From: a virus
IMG/VR virus record: IMGVR_UViG_3300022925_000006
Reading direction: 5' to 3' (one strand)
DNA length: 64,000 nt
Part shown: in pieces, positions 20,062 to 30,411 of the stretch
How the letters are laid out: every line of letters starts with the position of its first letter
Position numbering within the stretch: position 1 is the stretch's first letter
Made by a program: the position numbers and the translations under genes
The notes under the pieces: generated by a model
The model's database searches: none
Seen by the model: only the letters and a program-made list of their open reading frames with translations
What the model was told of the DNA's origin: nothing

Positions 20062-21059
20062 TGACACACAAGAGTGATGATACACTAAACGACTTGAATC
20101 GAAGAAATATTTCTTTTCCTCGTAATGAGGTCGAAAAAGTATTGCCTGAGTTTTTCAAGTCTGAGTATCCCAAATTAATTACTCTTCTTAACGAATACTA
20201 TCACTTTGAGGATGGTGATACTTCGCCATCAAAATTAGTAAATGAACTATTCTATAATCGTGATATTACCCAAACTGATATAGAATTATTATCCTATATC
20301 GAAGATGAACTACTTTTGGGTCAATCTTACTTTGAAGGATTTACAGACAAACGTGCAGCTTCAAAATACTCAAGCACTCTTTATCGTTCTAAAGGAACAA
20401 AGTATTCTATTCAACAGTTCTTCAGAACTTTCTTTGGTATTGACCCCGATGTGATTTATACCAAAGAAAATGTATTTAAAGTTGGAGAAGAGGATTCTCA
20501 GATTGGTTTGAACTCTCAGAAGTTTCTTACTGATAATAAATTATATCAGACTTTCGCTATCCTTATCAAGTCTGACATTGCTTTTAGTGAATGGAAAGAA
20601 CCATACAAATTGTTTACCCATCCCGCTGGTATGTTTATTGGCAGTGAGGTTCAGATTGTATCTGAAGTTATAGATACTGTGACAGCGCCACTAGTTGTTC
20701 TTGAACCACCACCACCTATCACAATAGAGGGAACAGGTGTATTCGGAGACTTCGCACACATGGACTTAACCGCTCTTGTCGATGACCTATATAGTGATTC
20801 AGATGGTGTATTGAATAGAATCAATGCGGAACTTACAAGTATAGAAGATTTTGGTTACAACATTCAAACAATTGAAAATCAATACTCATCATTACGTGAA
20901 GCGCAGACGGCTACATCACCTACATTTGATGATTCGGATGAATTCGAGACTAATGGTATGGACTTGAGTAACAACTTCAGATGGGAAACACTAGACCAAG
21001 ATATCAACAAATGGTACAGTGCGGACTCCGACCAGTATATAAAAAGTTTCACACTTTAG
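20061..21059 (+). CDS. gp7: baseplate wedge initiator (short gp7-like)
   Basis: LPEF...EYP....L..YY.F, LYRSKGT..S...FFR, L.HPAG; follows gp6. Confidence 0.75.
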   Translation: MTHKSDDTLNDLNRRNISFPRNEVEKVLPEFFKSEYPKLITLLNEYYHFEDGDTSPSKLVNELFYNRDITQTDIELLSYIEDELLLGQSYFEGFTDKRAASKYSSTLYRSKGTKYSIQQFFRTFFGIDPDVIYTKENVFKVGEEDSQIGLNSQKFLTDNKLYQTFAILIKSDIAFSEWKEPYKLFTHPAGMFIGSEVQIVSEVIDTVTAPLVVLEPPPPITIEGTGVFGDFAHMDLTALVDDLYSDSDGVLNRINAELTSIEDFGYNIQTIENQYSSLREAQTATSPTFDDSDEFETNGMDLSNNFRWETLDQDINKWYSADSDQYIKSFTL

Positions 21060-21070
21060 TTAATAATGCT

Positions 21071-21078
21071 TATAAATA
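21071..21078 (+). promoter_or_regulatory. late promoter
   Basis: Intergenic TATAAATA. Confidence 0.8.
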
Positions 21079-21101
21079 GATAAAACAAGACGGATTTAAA
21101 A

Positions 21102-22133
21102 ATGGCAAGACAGACTCTAAACAGAGGTACAGCGGCAAATGACGGCACAGGGGATACTCTGCGTGTAGCTGCCCAAAAAATTAATGAAAACTTCGCTGAA
21201 TTGTACACTTCAATCGGTGGAGATTCTGCGTCTACGTCTGTAACACTTACAGAACTTGGTGCGGTGTTTGAAGGTCTCGCTGAAAATGATTTTGAGACCA
21301 CATTAACATCAATTGAACCCACCCAAGATAATACTGTATATCTTCCAGATACCAGTGGGACACTCTTATTAGACTCTGCTTCACAGACATTGTCTAATAA
21401 AACTATTCTAAGTCCTAGTTTAACTACTCCATCTATTAAAGATGCAGATTCAAGTCATACATACAATGTTGTGGTGAGTAACCTAAGTGCAAATCGTAAT
21501 ATTACACTTCCATTACTCACAACGAATGATACTTTTGTATTTGCAGATGCAACCCAAACACTAACCAATAAAACTATTAGTAGTCCACACATTGAGAATC
21601 CAGAACTGGGTGGTCTTAGTGGTGGTTCAAAACTTTTTGACAGTGCTGGTGATGAATACCTTGAATTTGTATCTACATCAAGTGCTGTAAATTATGTGAT
21701 GATTACTAATGCGGCTACAGGTAATGGCCCTGCAATTGATGTCGATGGTGATGATACTAATATCAGTCTTGAACTTGCTGCGAAAGGTACAGGTGGTGTT
21801 GAAATTAAAAACAAATTTGTTCTTGAAAAAGGAACAGACGTTGCAACAAGTAGTGCAATAGACCTAACAAAACCGATGACAGTATTTAATTCTGGTAGTT
21901 TGATTTCTCCTATTATTAACGATGGAACAATTCAGGCAGAGACCAAATTCTTTAGTAATGTTGGTGCGGGTGAAGTAAGACTTACTCCACAAGGCGGAAC
22001 ATCAAATATCTTTGGTGTTGATTCTGGCAACGGATTTTTAAGTTTTGGTGAGGGTGACGGATGTCAACTTATCTGGAATAATGGAAAGAGTAAATGGTTT
22101 ATCGTTGGCAACAACGGTGTAACAACAGGATAA
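21102..22133 (+). CDS. gp9/gp10-like baseplate fibre connector
   Basis: MARQ..N.GT.ANDGTGD.LR.A..KIN.NF.ELY N-terminus; QTL.NKT repeats. Confidence 0.75.
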   Translation: MARQTLNRGTAANDGTGDTLRVAAQKINENFAELYTSIGGDSASTSVTLTELGAVFEGLAENDFETTLTSIEPTQDNTVYLPDTSGTLLLDSASQTLSNKTILSPSLTTPSIKDADSSHTYNVVVSNLSANRNITLPLLTTNDTFVFADATQTLTNKTISSPHIENPELGGLSGGSKLFDSAGDEYLEFVSTSSAVNYVMITNAATGNGPAIDVDGDDTNISLELAAKGTGGVEIKNKFVLEKGTDVATSSAIDLTKPMTVFNSGSLISPIINDGTIQAETKFFSNVGAGEVRLTPQGGTSNIFGVDSGNGFLSFGEGDGCQLIWNNGKSKWFIVGNNGVTTG

Positions 22134-22137
22134 TAAG

Positions 22138-23496
22138 ATGGCAATTGTAACTCGAAAAATTAAAAAACAAGTAATCGAATCAATCAAAACCGACATTTCG
22201 GACTCTGATACTAATTACTTTATAGCGATTGGACGTTCCGAGGATTGGAACGATTCTGATATCGCACCAACTGTTCTAAACAGCGCAAGAGAGGAAAGAA
22301 ACTTCCGTCTTGGTTTACAGTCAGTAAAAAATATTGTTGACCATTCTTTTGTTATTCCTCGTTACAACTGGGCATCTGGTGCAATATATTCTGCATATGA
22401 TGATGCACAAGTTGGTTATCCTACTCAGACATACTATGTCATGAACGATAACAACCAAGTTTATATGTGTCTTCAACAAGCAAAAAACAATTCGGGTCAA
22501 GCCCAAGTATCCACGGTTCAACCAAGTGGTAATACTACAGGTACTCCGTTTGATACCGCAGATGGTTACATCTGGAAGTTCTTGTATTCTATTGGTGCCT
22601 TGGACGCAAACAAATATATCTCTGCAAATTATCTTCCTGTACAACTTATTACTGGTACGGACTCGGATTCTCCTGCTGCTGATGTGGAACAAGAATTGGT
22701 TCAGAATGCAGCTGTTGTTGGTCAGATTATCGGTTATGTTGTTGATTCGGGTGGAACAGGATATACCTCAACACCTACAATTTCCGTCACAGGTGATGGA
22801 ATAAAGGCAAAAGCTGGTGCAACGATTTCTGGTGGACAGGTTACTAGGGTAGAACTCATCGATAGTTCTGGTAGTTACACACTTGGTAGTGGGTATAATT
22901 TTGCGGATGTTGCTGTCACTGGTGGTGGTTCACCAAGTAAACCAGCTTCAGTAAGAGCCGTTCTCTCGACACCTTTAGGTTTAGGTGCAGACCCAAGAGA
23001 TGACTTACGTTCTACTGCTATTATGTTTAACGCAAAACCCGAAGGTGTTGAAGGCAATGACTTTATTATTGGTAATGATTTCCGTCAAGTCGGTTTGATT
23101 AAGAACCTAATGGATAGTTCTGGTTCAACACTCTTTACAGAATCTACTGGTATTGCACTCAAACAACTTAGGTTGTCTAGTGTGGTGACTGGATTTACCA
23201 CAGACAATATTATTGAAGGTGGAACCTCTGGTGTACAGGCATATATTGATAAAGTAGACTCTAACAGTATTTGGTATCACCAAACAGAAGTTACTGGATT
23301 TGGTAACTTTGATGCGGGAGAATCTATCTCAGAAATTGATGGTAATGGTACAGGTAGTCTTAACGCTACGTTTGCTCCATATATAACTCCTGAAGTTGAT
23401 ATTTTCAGCGGTGTGGTTTTGTATATTGACAATCGTGGGTCAGTTACTCGTAGTGCCGAACAGACCGAAGACATTAAAATCGTAATCCAAATTTAA
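22138..23496 (+). CDS. gp8: baseplate wedge subunit gp8
   Basis: IGR...W, IPRYNW.SG..Y..YDD, YYVMN....VY.CL, DGYIWKFLY, NDFRQVGL, EDIKIVI. Confidence 0.9.
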   Translation: MAIVTRKIKKQVIESIKTDISDSDTNYFIAIGRSEDWNDSDIAPTVLNSAREERNFRLGLQSVKNIVDHSFVIPRYNWASGAIYSAYDDAQVGYPTQTYYVMNDNNQVYMCLQQAKNNSGQAQVSTVQPSGNTTGTPFDTADGYIWKFLYSIGALDANKYISANYLPVQLITGTDSDSPAADVEQELVQNAAVVGQIIGYVVDSGGTGYTSTPTISVTGDGIKAKAGATISGGQVTRVELIDSSGSYTLGSGYNFADVAVTGGGSPSKPASVRAVLSTPLGLGADPRDDLRSTAIMFNAKPEGVEGNDFIIGNDFRQVGLIKNLMDSSGSTLFTESTGIALKQLRLSSVVTGFTTDNIIEGGTSGVQAYIDKVDSNSIWYHQTEVTGFGNFDAGESISEIDGNGTGSLNATFAPYITPEVDIFSGVVLYIDNRGSVTRSAEQTEDIKIVIQI

Positions 23497-23505
23497 GGTA
23501 GAGAC

Positions 23506-26500
23506 ATGCCAAAGACATTTACATCTAACGTATTTAACTCATCTTACAAGGATGATTTCAAGGATAGTGATAATTATCACCGTATCCTATTCAACAGTGG
23601 ACGAGCGCTTCAAGCACGTGAACTTACACAGTTGCAAACAATCATCCAAGAAGAAATTGGTCGCTTTGGTAGGAATGTATTTACAGAAGGTGCTGCAGTA
23701 AATCCTGGCGGCCCATCTATAAACAATGATTACGAATTTATTAAACTGAATACTTCGGTTAATACTTTACCTAGTGATTTAACCACTCTGGTCGGAACAG
23801 AATTTACTGGTCAGACTTCCACTGTAAAAGCAAGAGTTCTCGAAGTTCTTGTTGCGTCAGGTTCAGACCCCGCAACCTTATATGTACAATACACCAATAC
23901 CTCTGGTGCAACTGCGGGTGAAAATACTATTCGCATGGGTGCTGGTGAAGACATCTCTAATGGCACAGATACACTTACTGTACAATCAACCAACACAGTT
24001 AACAACCCTGCTGTTGGTCGAGGTTGTCAAATTTCATCTGCGGAAGGTGACTTCTTTACTCGTGGACACTTTGTCTTTAACGGTAAACAGAGTCTAATCC
24101 TTTCCAAATACTCAAGATACCCTACTAAGGTTGTCGGTTTTAAAGTGACTGAAGATATCGTTACTGTTACTGACACCAATACCCTGTATGATAATCAAGG
24201 TGCAACTCCTAACTTGTCTTCGCCTGGCGCAGACCGTTATCGCATCAAACTTACTCTTACTACTAAAGACCAAATTGTTTCGGACGAAAACTTTGTTTAC
24301 TACTGTGATGTAGCTGACGGGTTAATTGTCGATGAGGCAAAAGGCGAATCTAATTATAACGCAATTAATAAACTTCTTGCGACCAGAACTGAGGAAGAAT
24401 CAGGTAATTATATTGTAGAGCCATTCACGGTTGACTTTGGTGATTCTGCGAATGATTTCCTTGCTTCTGTTTCAGACGGAACCGCATATGTAAATGGTTA
24501 CCGTGCTGACGCTCCAAAACCTACACCTCTAATAATCGCAAAACCAAGACAGACCGAAACTCTAACAAACGAAGTTGCTGGTATTACTTACGGTCAATAT
24601 TTTATATGTGATACGCTTGAAGGTAATCTTAACGTATCAGCATTTGCGACACTAAATTTACGTAGCACTGCATCATATGGTGGTTCTACCATTGGTACTG
24701 CAAGAGTCCGTTATGTAGAAGAAGATGGTGCGAACTATCGAGTCTACTTGTTCGACATTAAAATGAACAGTGGTCAGTCTTTACGTAATGTTAAATCTCT
24801 TGGTACTGGTGCAGCTGATTTTGCTAACCCAATTCTTGAAAATAGTAAAGCTGTTATTAAAGAGTCAACCAAAACAACTTTGGTGTATCCTCTTCCTAAT
24901 CCAAGACCAAGAACTATTAGTGACGTAGACTTTGAGGTTCAACGTATCCGTACAGGTACATCAAGTGGTTCTGGTTCACTGACGCTTTCTTTGTCGGCAA
25001 CTGGCGAAACATTTGTAAACACCTCTCAATGGATTGTCACTCGTAATGATACTGGTGCGGTGGTTTCTCCTTCTGGTATTACTGGCACAGGTACTCAGTC
25101 AACTACTATTAGTGGACTTCCAAACTCTACAGCAGTTACCGTATATCTTAAAGTTAACAAAGCACAACCATCGGTGCGTCAAAAAACATTGGTAGAAACC
25201 ACATTTAGTGGTGCAGTAGAATCCGATGGCACAGGAACTAAATTTGTTAATCTACACGCAACAGATGTATATGATGTATTATCAATCAAACAAACGGATT
25301 CTAGTGGTTCGGATATTTCTTATCTGTTTACTGTTGACGATGGTCAACGTGCTGGTTTCTATGATAATGCACGTCTAGTACTTGAGGGTGGCGCTACTGC
25401 TCCAGCTGGTTCGGTGTTTACAAGATTCAAACACTTTACCCACGGTGCAGGTGATTACTTCGCAGTAAACTCTTACACGGGTCAGGTTGCTTACGAAAAT
25501 ATTCCTAACTTTCAGATTGGCCCTCGTAGTTCAATCAATCTACGTGATGTGATTGACTTCCGTTCATCGGTTGATTCTGACGGACTATTTGCTGGCGGTG
25601 ACGCTGCATTTAACGAAATACCTACTAACGGTGACATCTTCCAAGGTGACGTAGAATACTATGTTCCTCGTGCAGATAAAATTGTTATTACCACACAAGG
25701 TGATATAAAGAACATTAAAGGTGAACCTGGCTTTACTTCACAAGTACCCTTTACTCCCGAAAATACATTGCCCCTCTTTGAATTAGAACTTAACCCATAT
25801 GGTCTAAGTGACTCAGATATCGTTGTAACTCCGATTGAAGCAAAACGTTTCACGATGAAAGATATCTCACAGATTGAGAAAAGAATTGATAAACTAGAAG
25901 AAGTTACTTCACTATCTCTTCTTGAAGTCGATACATCGGCTCTGTTGGTTCTTGATTCTTCGGGTAACCCTAGAAGTAAATCTGGATTCTTTGTTGATAA
26001 CTTCAAAGATAGAAGTTTCTCGGATGCACAGAACTCTGAGTATCGTGCTGCGATTGACCCATCTAGAAACTTCTTAGCACCACAAACAATTGAAGATAAT
26101 GTCGGACTTATCTATGATAGTGCGCTTTCAAGCAATACTATCTTGAAAGGCGATACCATTTTCCTTAATTATGCACATAAAGAAGCAATCACTCAACCAG
26201 TTGTTTCTGGTACTGAGAATGTTAACCCATTTGCGGTTATTACTGGAGAGGGTAATATTACTCTTTCTCCCGCTTCGGATGAATGGCAACAGACAAAATA
26301 TAAACCAGCGAACGTAATTAACAAGACTGCGGAAGAAGACCTTGGTACAATTAACGAAGGTAACCTTGCGGTAGGAACGGCAGTAAGAAGAGGCGTAGCT
26401 AACGAATTCGTATGGAGTGGTCGCCCATTTGCACCTATCGGTGGATTTGGATTTATGCAACTTCCAATCTTCAATGGTTGGAGAGGTGTTGCTGATTGGA

Positions 26501-28707
26501 ACTGGCGTGGTGTACCACTTGCTACAAACAGACAGTCAGACGGTGTTGCTAGAGGTGGTGTTACAACTAACAGAGACCGTGCAGGAACCACAACGACCCG
26601 TTCATTTTCGCAACGTGTTGTTGTTGGAACAAGAACTGTTCGTAAAGTAGTTGGTGATAAAACAGTATCTCTGACATTCTTACCATTTATCCGTTCACGT
26701 AAAGTGTTCTTCCGTGCAGAAGGACTCCGACCTAATACACAATTCTTCCCATTCTTTGATGGTAAACTAGTATCGAATTTCTGTCGTGAAGAGTCTTTCG
26801 AAAGATTTTCGTTAGGTGGAACTTCAGGAATCTATTATGGTAACAGATTCCGCAATTCTAGTTCGCACCCACAGGGTTCGAGTAACTTAGAATCAAATGC
26901 AAATGGTGTGATTGAAGGTTCATTCTTCATCCCATCTTCAACTACTAATCGTTTCCGTACAGGTACTCGTGAGTTTAAACTACTTGATATCAGTATCAAC
27001 AATGATGCAGCTGCATTGTCTCATGCATCAATTAACTATGTTGCACAAGGTACATTAGATACAAGACAGAAGACCATTACCTCTACTCGTATCACTCAGA
27101 AGAGAACCCGTAAGTGGACAGAAACTACTCGTGTCCGTAACCGTGACCCACTTGCTCAGTCATTTACTGTCACAAAACCTTCAGGTATGTTTGTAACTAA
27201 AGTTCAGTGTTACTTTAAGAGTAAGGATTCCAGTGTTCCTGTTGAACTACAGATTCGTCCTATGGTCAATGGTGTCCCGTCTGCAACTGATATTATCGGT
27301 AATGCGATTAAATTCCTGTCACCGTCACAAGTTAACTTACCAGCATCACAGACACAGGCTGCGGTACTTGCCGCTCCTACTACGTTTGAGTTTGATGAAC
27401 CAATCTATCTGAATCCCGAAACGGATTATGCAATTGTTCTACTTGCGGAGTCGGTTGAGTATGAAGCCTATGTTGCTGAGACCTATGCGTTTGAACTAGG
27501 TTCTACCGAGAAACGTGTATCACGACAACCTTCAATGGGTTCACTCTTCAAGTCACAAAATGGTAAGACTTGGGAACCAGACCAAACAAAAGACTTGTCG
27601 TTCAAGATTTTCCAAGCAGAGTTTGATACTGCTGGAGGTTATGCGATATTTGAGAACCGTGACGTAGAAGATGAGGTTTTAGAAAACAATCCATTCTTCA
27701 TGAACAATGCGGACGCAACCGTTACTATGTTGTTCCCAAATCATGGTTATGATGTTAATGATACAGTAACTATTGCTGGATTGGATAGTGCAACAACTTA
27801 TAACGGTATTCTTGGAACTAGTCTCCTTGGTAGCCGAACAGTTACCGCAATTGATGGATTTGGTCTAAGATTTGAAGCTGATAGTGCTGCAACATCTTCG
27901 GGTAGATTTGGTGGAACAGATATCATAGTTGACCAACAAGTTCAATTTGATATTGCAACACCAAACTTTACCACAATGCAACCAGACGATACAAGTTTAT
28001 CCTTTGGTGCTAAGTTTACTACAGGTAAATCTCTGGCAGCTGTTGCTGGTCAACAGACTCGTTATCAGAAAGATGCGACATATAGTGCCGATATTGTGGT
28101 GGGTGAAGAGAACTTCTTTACTGCACCAAGACTTGTTGCGAAAGCCTCAAATGAAACTACGGAACTGGGTTCTGGTGTTCGTTCAACAACCTTTAAGATT
28201 GATATGGGAACGGTTCGTTCGGATGTATCTCCTGTTATTGATGCACAAAGAGCGTCTCTTACTACCACGTCAAACTTGATTGATAATCAAGTCTCATCTG
28301 CTGCTAATGGATATAATGTTCCATTAACATATACGGACGAGACAACACCGTTTGGCGGTTCCGCTTTGGCTAAACATATCACCTCGGTGAATGAACTTGA
28401 AGCAGATGCTGTTGGTATGAAAGTACTGGTATCTGCACTAAGACCATCTAATGCTGACTTTGATTTATATTTCAGAGTTGCGAATGATGGTGAAAATATC
28501 TTTGATAAGGATTGGACACTTCAATCAACAGAAACAACTATTGCACCAGACCCTAATAACTATCGTGAATATCGTTACTTGATTGGTGGTGATGGTGGTG
28601 ATGTTGACCCGTTCACTCAATATCAATTTAAAATTGTGATGCGTTCAAATAACTCATCTAAGATTCCTGTCTTCAAAGACTTCCGAGCAATTGCGTTGGC
28701 AGTATAA
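23506..28707 (+). CDS. large virion structural protein (DUF4815/VrlC-like)
   Basis: Y.DDF....NY.RILF..GRA.QARELTQLQ, PGADR, KSGFFVDNF, DPLAQSF, GSLFKSQN..TW...Q..DL.F. Confidence 0.85.
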   Translation: MPKTFTSNVFNSSYKDDFKDSDNYHRILFNSGRALQARELTQLQTIIQEEIGRFGRNVFTEGAAVNPGGPSINNDYEFIKLNTSVNTLPSDLTTLVGTEFTGQTSTVKARVLEVLVASGSDPATLYVQYTNTSGATAGENTIRMGAGEDISNGTDTLTVQSTNTVNNPAVGRGCQISSAEGDFFTRGHFVFNGKQSLILSKYSRYPTKVVGFKVTEDIVTVTDTNTLYDNQGATPNLSSPGADRYRIKLTLTTKDQIVSDENFVYYCDVADGLIVDEAKGESNYNAINKLLATRTEEESGNYIVEPFTVDFGDSANDFLASVSDGTAYVNGYRADAPKPTPLIIAKPRQTETLTNEVAGITYGQYFICDTLEGNLNVSAFATLNLRSTASYGGSTIGTARVRYVEEDGANYRVYLFDIKMNSGQSLRNVKSLGTGAADFANPILENSKAVIKESTKTTLVYPLPNPRPRTISDVDFEVQRIRTGTSSGSGSLTLSLSATGETFVNTSQWIVTRNDTGAVVSPSGITGTGTQSTTISGLPNSTAVTVYLKVNKAQPSVRQKTLVETTFSGAVESDGTGTKFVNLHATDVYDVLSIKQTDSSGSDISYLFTVDDGQRAGFYDNARLVLEGGATAPAGSVFTRFKHFTHGAGDYFAVNSYTGQVAYENIPNFQIGPRSSINLRDVIDFRSSVDSDGLFAGGDAAFNEIPTNGDIFQGDVEYYVPRADKIVITTQGDIKNIKGEPGFTSQVPFTPENTLPLFELELNPYGLSDSDIVVTPIEAKRFTMKDISQIEKRIDKLEEVTSLSLLEVDTSALLVLDSSGNPRSKSGFFVDNFKDRSFSDAQNSEYRAAIDPSRNFLAPQTIEDNVGLIYDSALSSNTILKGDTIFLNYAHKEAITQPVVSGTENVNPFAVITGEGNITLSPASDEWQQTKYKPANVINKTAEEDLGTINEGNLAVGTAVRRGVANEFVWSGRPFAPIGGFGFMQLPIFNGWRGVADWNWRGVPLATNRQSDGVARGGVTTNRDRAGTTTTRSFSQRVVVGTRTVRKVVGDKTVSLTFLPFIRSRKVFFRAEGLRPNTQFFPFFDGKLVSNFCREESFERFSLGGTSGIYYGNRFRNSSSHPQGSSNLESNANGVIEGSFFIPSSTTNRFRTGTREFKLLDISINNDAAALSHASINYVAQGTLDTRQKTITSTRITQKRTRKWTETTRVRNRDPLAQSFTVTKPSGMFVTKVQCYFKSKDSSVPVELQIRPMVNGVPSATDIIGNAIKFLSPSQVNLPASQTQAAVLAAPTTFEFDEPIYLNPETDYAIVLLAESVEYEAYVAETYAFELGSTEKRVSRQPSMGSLFKSQNGKTWEPDQTKDLSFKIFQAEFDTAGGYAIFENRDVEDEVLENNPFFMNNADATVTMLFPNHGYDVNDTVTIAGLDSATTYNGILGTSLLGSRTVTAIDGFGLRFEADSAATSSGRFGGTDIIVDQQVQFDIATPNFTTMQPDDTSLSFGAKFTTGKSLAAVAGQQTRYQKDATYSADIVVGEENFFTAPRLVAKASNETTELGSGVRSTTFKIDMGTVRSDVSPVIDAQRASLTTTSNLIDNQVSSAANGYNVPLTYTDETTPFGGSALAKHITSVNELEADAVGMKVLVSALRPSNADFDLYFRVANDGENIFDKDWTLQSTETTIAPDPNNYREYRYLIGGDGGDVDPFTQYQFKIVMRSNNSSKIPVFKDFRAIALAV

Positions 28708-28913
28708 TGAGTAGGTATATAATGGTAGACGGAAGTTCTAGTTTGGCAAGAGACCCAAGAACTGGTGCCATAGTTAATATAAATAAAGATGAGATTAACA
28801 AAGCACGAGATGCTAAACAACGAAGAAAGAATAAAGATAGAGAGTTTGACGAATTAAAGAATGAAGTCGGTGAGATAAAAGAACTCCTCAATAAACTAGT
28901 AGAGAAACTGTAA
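28707..28913 (+). CDS. small coiled-coil hypothetical protein
   Basis: L.RD..TGAIVN motif; contains TATAAATA at 28778-28785. Confidence 0.75.
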   Translation: MSRYIMVDGSSSLARDPRTGAIVNINKDEINKARDAKQRRKNKDREFDELKNEVGEIKELLNKLVEKL

Positions 28914-30400
28914 TGGCAACAAATCAACCGACAATTACAACGATTCAGGATACGTTCACTACGTTGGTGACCAATACCAATACAGTGTCCTTAGACTTAG
29001 GTGCGACTGGTAGACTAAACACTAATCAAGATTCTAGTGCGGTCGCAGCTATTAACGAACTTGAATTAGGAATTCGTGGTACTTCTAATAATCTAGTCTT
29101 AACTGACCTTGCAGACTTTAGTGCTGATAACATCGTATCTGCACTGCATGAACTCGACAGTGACCTTCATGGCGCTGGTGGTGGTAATGCTAAGGCTGAC
29201 TTAACCACTAATGCGAATGATATCGTATCAGGTATTAATGAACTAGAAGTAGGTATCCGAGGAACATCAAACAATCTGGTCGCAACTGACCTTACAACTA
29301 TTGCAAATAACCTTGTGTCGGGTGTTAACGAACTTGATAGTGATATCGGTGCGAGACCCCATACTAATCTTACGACAATTGCAAAAAATCTAACTGCTGC
29401 TGCAAATGAGTTGGATAGTGATATTGGCGCAAGACCACACACAACACTAACAACATCTGCAAAGAATCTGACAGCTGCAATCAATGAACATGATGCAGAG
29501 TTAGGTATAATCACTTCAGGTGCAATGGGAACAATCGCATCTACAGTAAGTGGTGCGATTGCGGAACTGGATAGTGACCGTGACGTTCTTATTACTTTTG
29601 TTGAACCTAAACAGGCAATCAATACAACTGCAACAACTGTTGCTGACGCAATCAATGAACTTGATAGTGATATTGGTGCGAGACCCCATACTAACCTAAC
29701 AACCAGTGCATCAAATCTTACATCTGCGGTTAATGAACTTGATGCGGAACTAGGAACAATTACTGCTGTTGCGATGGGCACTACCGCATCAACTGTATCT
29801 GGTGCAGTCTTTGAATTAGAACAAGAGATTGATACTCTTAATACCGCAGTTGAACCTACTCAAGTATTAACAACAACTGCAAACTCACACGCAGACGCAA
29901 TCAATGAGTTGGATAGTGATATTGGTGCGAGACCACACACTAATCTAACAACCACTGCCAAGACTCTGACGGGTGCTATCAACGAACACGATACAGAGAT
30001 TGGTGCTGCTGCATTAAATACTTCTGCAACAACTCTACGTGGTGCAATTAACGAACTACATACTGAAGTAGGGGACGCAATAAGTGGTGATAATCTTACT
30101 ACAGGTAATATTGGTTCGTCTTTAAACTTACTAGATAGTGCAGTAGGTGATTTAGGTATTCTTAACAGTGACGGTTCTATTGCAAATAGAACTAATCTGG
30201 TTAGAGCAATCAACTCTCTTGCGGACGATATCCTCCTCTTGGATTCGGATTCAACGTTACAGAGTGCAAGACTGGGTTCATTGAATGATTTAGACGTAGC
30301 TTTTGTTGGTGCAGAAAGAGATAATTTTGTTGCAGCTTTAAATGCATTACGAGCGGATATACCACTGATATTTGATGAGAATGGAACACAACTTAATTAA
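28913..30400 (+). CDS. repeat-rich fibrous virion protein (segmented coiled coil, fibritin/collar-like)
   Basis: ~25-aa repeats AINELDSDIGARPHTNLTT; near-identical DNA copies. Confidence 0.75.
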   Translation: MATNQPTITTIQDTFTTLVTNTNTVSLDLGATGRLNTNQDSSAVAAINELELGIRGTSNNLVLTDLADFSADNIVSALHELDSDLHGAGGGNAKADLTTNANDIVSGINELEVGIRGTSNNLVATDLTTIANNLVSGVNELDSDIGARPHTNLTTIAKNLTAAANELDSDIGARPHTTLTTSAKNLTAAINEHDAELGIITSGAMGTIASTVSGAIAELDSDRDVLITFVEPKQAINTTATTVADAINELDSDIGARPHTNLTTSASNLTSAVNELDAELGTITAVAMGTTASTVSGAVFELEQEIDTLNTAVEPTQVLTTTANSHADAINELDSDIGARPHTNLTTTAKTLTGAINEHDTEIGAAALNTSATTLRGAINELHTEVGDAISGDNLTTGNIGSSLNLLDSAVGDLGILNSDGSIANRTNLVRAINSLADDILLLDSDSTLQSARLGSLNDLDVAFVGAERDNFVAALNALRADIPLIFDENGTQLN

Positions 30401-30411
30401 TCGGAGAGAAC

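Noticed and set aside
28913-30400. Calling the ELDSDIGARPHT repeat protein fibritin (wac)
   Set aside because: No foldon motif and not adjacent to gp13; kept as an unnamed fibrous protein.
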